64,000 bases of DNA from Dipteris shenzhenensis (Eukaryota), in the NCBI GenBank assembly GCA_047967505.1, contig CM106538.1. One strand, 5' to 3'. Made by a program: the position numbers and the translations under genes. Numbering within the stretch: the first letter of the stretch is position 1; each line of letters starts with the position of its first letter. This document shows positions 38,070-49,082 of this stretch, in pieces. The notes under the pieces are model-generated. The model saw only the letters and a list, made by a program, of their open reading frames with translations. It was not told where the DNA came from and did no database searches.

Positions 38070-40940
38070 AATAAGTGCATACAATCTGGAACACAACTTA
38101 TGCATGGGCATCCACATTGAAAGAGTCTACACCATCATTTTCATCTATCTCCACCCATATGCGCCCTTGTCTATGATGGGTTGCACACCACCTTGCATGA
38201 TTCTGTCTTGCATTTGATGAGTTGTATATTCTTCTTTGACGTTCCGTGTTAACATCTTGCACTGCATGGGACACTAAGGACTCTTTGAATGCTAGTGTTG
38301 CAACTACTCTTATTTTGATACGCCTGTACCACCAATGAACCAATAGAACCATTGGGCTTGACTTTAGTTCTACCACCCCCGTGTTGGGTTGCTCTATTAT
38401 TATATGCACAACGTGCTTGCCAATGCGATCTTTCCATGTCCTAAGTGGACCACACTCCAATTCTTTCATAATTCCATGCCATGTATGGTGCATCAGCATA
38501 TAAAATGTGCTGCCAAATAGAAAAACAAATTAGTAAATATAGGACCATTCAATATGCACATATCAATGTCCAAGTTAGAGATTACCATGTACTCTATGAA
38601 ATGATTCTTTTCCCAAGCTATGTCCATATTCTGGCTAAAGTCATTCATAGCATTGATGAAACACTGTGCATCATCATCTTTGAATCTTTCATTTTGTAGT
38701 AAAGGTACCAGGCTATCAAGAGCTAACCACACTTGAGCCTTTTCCAATCTTTTTTGTCCCTTCCCCCCTCGTTCACAACATGCATTCTATAACTTTCTCC
38801 ATACATCAAACTCATTAGCACATTTGAGCTTGTCATTTTTCTTCTTTGCAGAAAGGAATTTTAAAGCCTTGACACTAGCAAAGCTTGGCTTACAAGGAAC
38901 ATTGCCTACTTTTCCATATCTTTTCTCATCTTTTGTAATCTTTACTTGCCTAGAGTGTAGTTCCATATATGAAAGAACCTTTTCAATTTCGCAATCATCC
39001 TCTCACTCTTTTGTTGGGGCTTCAAGTTATATGCATCAATGATGTACAAATGCAACAACTTTTCAATTATTCTCACAATAGCATGAAGCACACAAATGTG
39101 TACTCGCTCAAGAGGAATTTTAAGAATTGGGCTCTATGATAGATCTTTCCCTAGAGCATCCCTATCTAGTGCCTTAGTTTAATCTATCTCTACAAGTTTA
39201 GACACCCATTGCTTTTGATTCTTTTTACCACCCTTTGCAGGTACTCTCATTTGCATGCACAGTGGACAAGGATGGCTTGTATTTGCTCCATGTGCCACAT
39301 TAAACATACATTTAATAGTCTTGAGGTCAGCAACAGTAGCAACTAGATGCCATTCTACATGGTAGGATCCATAGCCCTCAACTTCAAGTAGCTCACCATT
39401 GTTATGACCTTTGATCACACTTGGGATATCGGTTTGGTCAAAAAACCACTTCAAATTTGAATGTGACTTTTTTGGCACCTGCAAAAAAAACTCACATGTT
39501 ATTTCAAAATATTCTAAGTCTTTTTACATTACTGCTTTAAAATTCAAATTTTTATCATAGCTCAAAGGAGCCAATCCCCAAATCTCCTATACTAATTGCA
39601 CATTGAACTATCTTCCATCATCAAGCTCAACTTCAAGGTCTAGTATTCTATTCATCCTTGTCAAACTAACTCTTCCTAATTTTTTGCCTTTGACCACCTC
39701 ACTTTCATCAAGATTTAGTACAATCTTTAGAGTACCATTGCATTCCTCCATAGACATATCATTAAACTTCACCATGGCTTGTAGAACTCTTCGAACATTT
39801 ATCACATAGTTGTTGTTGACTGTCAATTCCAATTCTTTAGACTCTCCACCCTTTGTTTTCAAATTTAGTGTACTACATACATGCTGGGGCTCACCAACTA
39901 AATCAAGTATGCCCAAATTGAGTGCATGCCCAGCCTTATCAACATTAGTCGATTTAGGAAGCGAGGCTTTAACTTTTGCTCCCACAAAAAGACATGTTGT
40001 TTTTAAGCTCTTAAATATGAGCCGATATGCCCTTGTACTTATCCCTATAGTATCACAAACTCCCTATGCACTAGTTGCATTGAAATGCTCTAGAACTTTG
40101 TTGATTGACTTAGATGCTATCTCTGGTTTTAGACTTTTGAATTTTGGATGTTGTATAACAAACTCCAAGAGCTTTTTCGTAAACACTTCACCCATAACAC
40201 TATAGTGCTCATCATGGATAGACATGAGTTCTAAAACACTCCTACAAGCTCTCACTCGATGCTTCCAGTGACCACTTTTCTTGGATATTTCATCCATTGG
40301 ATGCAATTTCCTCTTACGTAGTCTTGGATCCACATTGGAGTATCCTTCATGAATGATAATGTTTTTTCTAACTTTTTTATCTCATCCTTTAGAGCTGTGT
40401 TTTGCATATGTAACTGAATGTATAGTGCTTTCTCCGAATTTAGCATCTAATGTTTGAACTTTACCTGTAATTCCTTATTTTTCTTCTCTATGCCATCATA
40501 TGCAGACATTTGAACACTTGTAGCTCGCATAGATGATACCAAATGTTGATTCCAAGCCTCCAACATTTCAATCCTTTTGTCTCTTTCACTAATCAAAGAT
40601 TGATATTGGCTGTGAAGGCTACTTGCTCCATGACCAGTCAACCTTTGACAATATCCTAACAAACCATTCTCACCCTTACATAGAAACTTTATTAAGCTGG
40701 TCAATCCATGGAATTGAGGAGTCTAACAAGTTTGTGGATCTACTATATATATTTTGCCTTCTAACCACAAATCCATGTGTTTTTCCTTGACTTCGAAGAG
40801 CTACTAAATCACTTTCACTTTCTAAGGAGGATTTATTCCTCTTTAAAAATGGTCCATTCTCTGCATCAATTTGAAAATGGATATCCACCTTTTTTTATTA
40901 TGAGGGACTTGCATGATTTCATACACTTTCCACCTAATAT
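38070..40940 (-). pseudogene. Intron-containing DDE transposase pseudogene of RAG1/Transib(/Chapaev)-like type
   Basis: Ordered motifs IVLNLD(39707)ES, KKSHSNL, VAD(39326)LKTIKCMFNVAHGANTSHPCPLC, ICVLHAIVRIIE, and, after a 76-bp GT-AG intron (38585-38510), YMHILYADAPYMAWNYERIGVWST*DME(38432)RSHWQAR. Coiled-coil-like N-terminal region. Boundaries approximate; no TIRs found. Confidence 0.75.
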
Positions 40941-41092
40941 AATATAACATTGACATCAACAAACAATATACAAACATGACATGTTTTAGAAAAGTATTAA
41001 ACCAAGCAAAAATGAAAACCCCAATTGCATGCAAAATCTAACAATTGAAATCTACAAATTCAAAAAACCATTTACTTATCATCAAACACTAT

Positions 41093-41935
41093 TAAACTAT
41101 GTGAATGAACAATACCTCACAAGGATCTTTGAAGGAAAAATGTGATCAAACTTGTCCTCCTCAATGGTCCCTCTTGTAATCCAGGATGCTGAAGTTGATG
41201 GATTTTTCTCCAAAACTAATTATATGCTTCCAAATAACTCCAAATCTATCTCAAACCATCTTCTATTAAAAACCTCAATAGTAAGAGTGTATCTTTTAAA
41301 ACAAACAAATCTTTCTTCCTCTTCAAATTATGTATTAAAATAAAACAACACAATTACCAAAACAAACTACAAACTAACTGCTTCTTCAAAGTTGCATCAT
41401 AATATCTCATTATTTTCATTGTCTTGCATTGTTCTAAAGGTTTTCTCACCTGAATCTCCATGCAAGTTGCTCTGATAGACCCTGATTTGAGTTGAAAACT
41501 AAAAACATTCTAAAACTACATAAATGAACAGTACCTGATTCTTGGAGCAAGGTTCTTTCAAAGAAAAATGTGATCAAACTTGTCCCTCCCAGTGGTCCCA
41601 AATGTGTTCCAAGAATGATGAAGCTGATGGTTCTTGCTTTAAAACAAATTATATGCTCCCAAACATCTTGAAATCTATTTCAAGCAATATTATGTAGAAA
41701 ACTATTTATAGTAAAAGTGGAAAAGACTCATTTCTCATGAAATTCAAACAAATCTTTCAATGTTTTCAAACCATGTAATAAAACAAAACAACGCATCTAC
41801 ACAAAATGAACTACGAACTAATTGTTTCTTCAAAGTCACATCATTAACAAACAAATCTTGTCATAATCACTGTGTTGCATTGTTCCAAAGATTATCTCAC
41901 CTGAACCTCCATACAAGCCATCTGGATGGACCCCA
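41093..41935. repeat. Degenerate ~420-bp tandem duplication upstream of the RAG1-like gene
   Basis: Shared blocks AAAAATGTGATCAAACTTGTCC (~41136/41564), AATTATATGCT (~41218/41647) and TCTCACCTGAA (~41444/41895). Confidence 0.8.
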
Positions 41936-42699
41936 AACCTTCATAAATGGTTCAAAATCATGCACCCTTAGAGATTGCAATAGGGAAAGTGACTAGTATT
42001 GAGAGATGGGCAAAAGAAAGATTGATTTTCATGCATCAGTAACAACTGCAATGCTTGAAAGTCAATCTTCTTTGATCCTTCTCAAAGAGTCTCGTCCAGT
42101 ACCTCCTTCTAAGCTCCAAACACCCTGCATCATTCATGGTTCACTCAGAACATTGATTGCCTTGTCTTCCTGAATAAAACGATTTCAGATCATGGGAGAA
42201 GCTCAAAGCTGAGAGAGGAATTGGCGAGATTTGAAGGAGAAGCGCCCAAAATAGAGAAAGGAGAAGGTAGGAATCTCATTCAAAAATCTTGAAAGTTTTG
42301 AAAGAATGAGAGTGAAATGGGAGGGAAATGTAGGTAGAGAAGGGAAGTGACAAGATTTTGGCGGGAGAGTCCATCCCATGAGAGGGGGAATGGAGAAAGA
42401 AGCTTCTCACTCAAGAGCCAAGCAAGAAATTTGAAAAGAGGGCTATTGGATGGGAGGATTTGGTTTCACAAATGGTACAAGTTTGGTTAAGAAACTAGGT
42501 TCTCAGTTTGGTTACAGTTAAAAAACGTGATGGGAGAGTTGAGGTAGCAAGTGTGTGCTCCACATCATTGTTTGGGCCATTGAATAAAGAAATAGAGAAG
42601 TCGGGCCACTTCCAATATTCTATTCCCTCCACTAGCCAATATTCTATTGGGTTTTATTCACTTTATTCTTCCATGTCACCAACCCAACTGCTCCCTTAC

Positions 42700-43191
42700 A
42701 GGGTCCTTTCTGAGTCCAAATTTTGGTAATGATAGGGGCAAACCTTCCTTACCAATCTTTGCTTTTGTTGTAGAGCTAACCCTTGAGGAAACATGCCTTC
42801 TTCCACATATTGATGAACATCTTGCAATTCTAGCCATCCAATGTCTACCAAAGAAACCACCCCCCTCTTGTACCACAATGCCTTGAGTAGCTAACTCATA
42901 TGCCTTTTGATTTTCTTTTCCGTTTATATGAACAAACTTGCAAAAATCAAATTGACTACGTAGTGCCATAGCCTTTTGATTAAGCTCCTTCAAATAAGGA
43001 CTTCTTGTCTTGTAATGCCCTTGCTTTTGTTTTATAATAAGCTAAGAATCTCCTCTTACTTATACAATTCTTTCACTTGACTTTGAAGACAACCCTCCAA
43101 ACCAAGAATCAAAGCATTATACTCAGCTGCATTATTAGTTGTGATACCGAGAAACTCTTGTCCTCTTGCCCATACCTCTTGACCTTCAGAA
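42700..43191 (-). pseudogene. Gypsy G2: C-terminal part of the additional (RNase HI-like) RNase H and start of integrase
   Basis: TNNAAEYNALILGL, FVHINGKENQKAYELA and W..DVHQYVEEG..P. Frame joins 49058-49082 and 54063+. Confidence 0.85.
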
Positions 43192-46100
43192 TGTGGGAGA
43201 GGAGAGCACACACAAAGGGATAGGGAGACACCAAAAGTGGTGGAGCAAAAGCTACTCCAGCTTATTCCTCTATCATATATATATGAGTATACATGGGCAC
43301 TGTACAAGTGGGTGGGCACACTGCCCTTTACCCCAACAACCTCCCACTTAAAGGCAGTGTGCCTTTAAGGGAGTATAGTACACATATAATACAATCAGCC
43401 ATAGGCTGAAAAACAAGATGACCAGACCGTCATCCTATGCCCATCGGCACTTTACAATGTGCAAAGTGCATAGAGGATAAGCTGCTAGTAGACATCAGGT
43501 TTGCAGGATAGAAAATGACAAGCTGTAGATGCCTGTCAACCAAGATCTCATGCCAGATCTCACTGGGAGAGTGAACTCTCACCACCACGTGCTCCTGTGC
43601 TAAGTCCATGTGCTAAATCCATAGCACCTGAACTGTCACTGTGTAAAGAAAATGTCTCTGTACCACCTGTGACCATAAGCACATGCCCTACAATAGACCT
43701 CTGCTGGTCTACCCAACCTGCATCACCTGCATGCTGCTCCTGGAAGCATAAGGACCTGATGTCCACAACCGCTTCCCTACTGCCAAAATCTACCATAATC
43801 ATGCTACCAACTCCCATTGCAATGGAAGCAAGAACTAGAAGTGTAGCCCCAATGGCAAACATGTGAGAACCAAGTCTCAACACAGTCATGGATGCATGAA
43901 GTACTGTGGCTGCCATATCAACCATAACTTGCTGCTCAACTGATCTGTGATCGTCAAACCTGTTGTGTTTCAAGTATGGAGCCAATACAGGCAATGGAGT
44001 ACTCAATAACTTCCCCCTCTCCATACTGAAACAACCAAGTATCTAACAAACATCATCAAGACCATGCAGCGCGCACTGCAAAGCATCCCTGTCCATAAGG
44101 AACCATATGGCAAGTAACCTCAGAAGGATAGCGACCTCCTGAATACTGAGACCATAACCTGTCCCACTGCACATCACATCTTGAGCTCTCATAACGGTAT
44201 CAAACCTATGAAGCCAAGCTCGAGGGTATTGCTTCTGGCCATGGAGGCACTTACGAAGTAAACATATCAATGATTCCTGCCCATGCGCAATATGACCCGA
44301 GTCAATAACTACAGAAACCACATTTGTCCTGGCATAACCAGCCAATGGATCATACCGGGCATCATTAGCCAAGGTATCCTCCTCACCATGCATAACCTCA
44401 TCCTCATCTACAAGAGGCACTCCACATCCTGGGAGTAAACTGTAACTATCCATAGAAGATGCATCAACAATCTCCATAGGAGCATAAACCTGTGGAATAC
44501 TTGAGACATATGATCGTCTCTGACCAAAATCAGGAAGTAATCATGGCTGTCCCAACTTTATAACCTGCTCACCGTGGGAAAAACCTCCCACTCCAAGGAA
44601 TATGGGCTGTCCTTGAATAGAATTCGGAGGTATCAGTGCACTTACACCCTCCTGGAACACCACTCTCCTGCTATCCATAGTCCTGGGTTGTCCAAACATA
44701 GCATCCTCTCTAAAATAGACATTATGGCTGCGTATCAACTCTCTAGTTGAAGAATCCCATAACCTGTAGTCACTACTGGACTCACTGTATCCAAGAAAGA
44801 TACACCTCCTCAATCGGGAACCATGAGCATAAGCCTCACAGCCAAACACACGTAAATGCTCATAACATGGTGCCCTGCCTGTCAAGAAGTCAAATGGCAC
44901 TCTACCATTCAGAGATCTCCTGGGTGACCTGTTAAGCAAGTATGCAGCTGTCTTACATGCCTCAGCCCAATAGCATTCGGTAAGACTTGCATACCGTAGC
45001 ATGCTACCAATCCTGTCCAATGGAATCCGATTTATGCCTTCTGCCAAGGCATCGTGAGCAGAAAGATGAGGAGTGGTCAACACCCTCCTGATACCAAGTG
45101 TATCACATAGATGCTGAAATCTAGGAGAGGTAAACTCTGCATCACCATCAGTCATCAAGCTCAATAGCTTCTTTCCTGACTGATTTTCAGCATTACCCAA
45201 GAAGCGCTAAAATGTATCATATACATCATGCTTCTGCCGAATCGGATATACCCATATGTACTTTGTAGCAGCATCAATAAATGTCACAAAGTAAGAGGCA
45301 CCACCCAGTGAAACGGTAGGCATAGGCCCACAAACTGCACTATGAACCAACTGCAATGGCTCAAGATACCTCTCACTGACTGTCTTCCTCACAAAGGAGG
45401 ATCCTGACTGCTGACCATCATCACAATCATGACATAAAATTTGAGAGACATCCATAACAGGAATGTATCTCAATGTTATAAGGGCTTCCATACCTGCAGT
45501 AGACATATGTCCAAGTCTGGCATACCATAAACTAGCTGATGGCTGCTTACTAATCATAAGCATCTTATGCTGGATACCTGATACATGCAATGCATAAGAG
45601 AATCCAACCCGTGATCCCCTAGCCATAACCAGATTGCCTCTAGCAATCTTCCATGCATGATCACCCAAAGAGACATGATAACCTGCCTCAACCAACTGTC
45701 CAGTACTGATCTTGCTCGTAGCAAGTCCTGGTATATGTCTAACCCTCTGTAGAACAAGAATAGAGCCACTAGGCATAACAAGGTGGATATCCCCATAACC
45801 ATAGACATCCATAGAATGATCAATGCCCGTCAAACCACTCTCCACAATGCATTCCTGATATGCACTGAACCATGACCTATGAGGGGTCATATGACATGAA
45901 GCACATGGATCTAACATCCAATCACCGAGAATGGGTACATCAGTGGCCAAGAAGGAGGTGTCAGACATAGACAAAAGAAAGCCTTCATCATTGCTACTAT
46001 CAGTGGAAACCCTGGCATCCACGCCTTGAAGCTCAACATGCTTCTTCTCCTTCTTCCTGTCATTCTTAACCTTGCTCTTCTTCTTGTATTTTCTCAGCCA

Positions 46101-49057
46101 TTTCTAGCAGTACTTTTTCATGTGGCCATACTTTCCACAATAGAAACATCTAACACAAGTCCGAGAGCTAGACTTGCTCCTGGAATTCCCCCTTGAACAT
46201 TTTACCAATTGATCGACCTTTGGAGTGCATATCAAGGCTGTAATTCAGCCCATCAATACATTTCAGCCCATCATGCTGTAACATAACACTATCATGGTCA
46301 TACATCTGGCATATACGAGTATAGAACTCATATGCATGGCAATCTACACCCTGTACACCATCCTGTACCTGCAAGTAGACTGACTTTGAGAGTGATGACT
46401 GAATGATAGAGCATGCTTGCTCATCCATTCATCCCAATCACTCTGTTTAATGCTATTAGGCTTGACACCTTTGCATTGAATGGGCTTATGCTGCCTCTTC
46501 TGCACTAACACATCATAAATCTGCTCTTTCCAATACTGAAAGTTTGATCCATCCAACCTCTCAATATCAAAGAGGGCACTACCAGCTGTAGATGCCATAT
46601 CTGTGGCACAATAGCTCACAACCAAAGAGCAGTATAGTGCAATAGGCAACCCAAATGACCAAAAAATATAGTGTTGTCCAGACCAATCAGGTTTCCAAAT
46701 AAACTGGCTGATCCAATGCTCAAAAGCACTCAGCCATAAAGAGGCATAAACAAGAATATATGCAGCCCAGTAACCTGCCAATGCCTAGCAATCCAAGTAA
46801 GAAATGCACTGAACCAAATGAGCAATGCCTGCTCAACCAATGGCAATAGGAGCCCAGCTTAACTATCCATAAACATCAGTGTGGCATCCACCAATGCAAA
46901 TCCATAATGCATCAAAATGGCATTTACTGCATCACCAATGCATCACCTCAAGCGCGCAATTGTTTGGCAACAAAATCAAGCATTCACCACTTGCCAAATG
47001 TGCCAAAGTGACTTGCCAAAATGCCAATAATGCCCTTGGACTGAAGTGAGATCCCAATCACTTTCTGTAATTTACTGTGAGTTCCCAATTCACTGTTGTG
47101 CAAGAGAAATCCCTACAACAATACCTCACAGCCACTTTGGGCAAAATAACACGCTGTCCCTGTCTTTGAACAGCGATATCTTTTCACTGAAAGACCTGAT
47201 GCCAAAGCTGTAAACAGCAAAGTTGTAGCTGGTAGAAAGATCTACAACTTGTCAGTTGACCTCAAGAGCCAAATCCTTCTGGATTCTCAGATATTCTCAC
47301 TTGAAAAACAGCTTCCTGCACATTGGTCACAAATAGATAGTAGACTGCAACTTTTTGTGGTTTTGCAGAGGCTGTAACTCCTGGAGCTTATACCGGATCA
47401 ACTTGCTTCCAAAAGCAAAGTTGTAGTATGTTTTGTGAGCTACAACTTTCCAGTTCGGCACAAAGTGCAATTCCACACCAGGAAAGAGATATTCAGTCCT
47501 GAAAATGAATGTTCTGTCATTTAAAAAAAAACAGCAGCAACTATTCAATGACCTGTCAGTCAAGAATATCAATCATTTTCTCGTGGGCTTCAAAGCATAA
47601 CCAGATATTGAACATCTAATTTCTGAGCAAAATACTTGCATATACTGTGGCATCCAATGCATAAACCGCTTTCTGGAAATTGCATACCAGAGAATGCCTT
47701 TCAAGAGTCCCCAAAATGCATTTACTGCATGTATATGGCCTCATTATATTGGCATTCAAGTGAACATCAAATTGTATGCATTTGCCACTCACTTATGCAT
47801 CCAAAATGCATCACCAATGGCATATACCAAGTGACATTTACTGCATCATTTTGCCAAAATGCATCAACTTGCCAAAGTGTATCAACATGTATGCATTTGC
47901 CAATATACAGTCTGCAAAATGGCTGTCTGCACACTGATCACGAACTGTCCCTATTTTGGATAGTAAATAACTTTGTACTGTAAACTCGGATGACCGAACT
48001 GTCAACAGAGAAAATGTAGCCCTTCCAAAGTTCTCCGACTCCTCTATTGGGCATCGAGCCTAAATCCTTATGGATTTGCAAATACTTGCTGTCGAAAATG
48101 GCATTCTGCTCACTTTTACTGTCTGAAATACTGTCAGATTTCCAGACTAAAAATAAAGAACTCACTCTTTTTCTCCAAAGTGGATGTTATTGCTATCACT
48201 GGGCTGCTCTTCCTTTGCTCACAGGAGGGATAAGGGTATGGAGAGAAAGAGACTCCTATCTACTCCATCTAAGAGCTCGCAGTGGCTCACGAGCCATCTG
48301 CAGCGGTTGCAGCTACAAAGAGCTTCCCTACAGCCCTCTCCAAACAACGCTCTCCAATGAAGGCTCAACCTCAACTCCAGCCTGCAACACACCCCAACGT
48401 AGAAACCTCTGCATTGAGCAACTCCTACAATGCCAGTCGCACGGCATCACACCTCTCTAGTCAACGTCTAACAACAACGCATCGCTCAAAGCTCTAGCCG
48501 TAGCAGTAGTAGCAAGCCTAAATGACGCTCCTACGATCGGATCTCCGAGTCTCCAAACACTTCACAAGCAAGCCCAAGCCTACGGCCGTCAACGATCTCC
48601 AGCAAGTATCTACGAAGCAATGCCTCCATCAACGAGGCAATGAAGCTCCCATGAGACAACGTCAAGACCAACGGACAGCGGTCTCCTTCCAACGCTAGGT
48701 TGCTAGAGCACTGGAGCGCTGGAAGATAATCCAAAGTGATTCTTGCAGCTGCATTATAGAGCAAACAGATTTGGATGATGTCTACCCAAAATCTCTCCGT
48801 GAATGAGAGAATCAAGCTCTCCAAAGCTCCCGGTAGATCTCTCGAAGCAGTGCCCGTTCTCCTCTCACCGAGCTCCTCGTAGATCGAACGCCATGGGCTC
48901 TGATACCAGTTGTGGGAGAGGAGAGCACACACAAAGGGATAGGGAGACACCAAAAGTGGTGGAGCAAAAGCTACTCCAACTTATTCCTCTATCATATATA
49001 TATGAGTATACATGGGCACTGTACAAGTGGGTGGGCACACTGCCCTTTACCCCAACA
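43192..49057 (-). mobile_element. Ty1/Copia element D, non-autonomous, both LTRs intact
   Basis: 147-bp LTRs (43192-43338, 48911-49057) differing at one base, TSD CAGAA (43187-43191, 49058-49062), PBS 48897-48908, PPT 43339-43349. Confidence 0.96.
43430..46598 (-). pseudogene. Copia D degenerate gag-pol
   Basis: IERLDGSNFQYWKEQI, CFYCGKYGHMKKYC, WMLDPCASCHMT, LVHSAVCGP, YWAEACKTAAYLLNRSP, LRVFGCEAYAH. Only scraps of RT and RNase H; no YVDD. Confidence 0.9.
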
Positions 49058-49082
49058 CAGAATTCATCAAGACCATCCCCCC

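Noticed and set aside
38014-42560. RSS-like heptamer TIRs for the RAG1-like element (CACTCTG at ~38015, GTGTG at ~42553)
   Set aside because: Matches are too short, not mutually inverted beyond CAC, with no nonamer or TSD.
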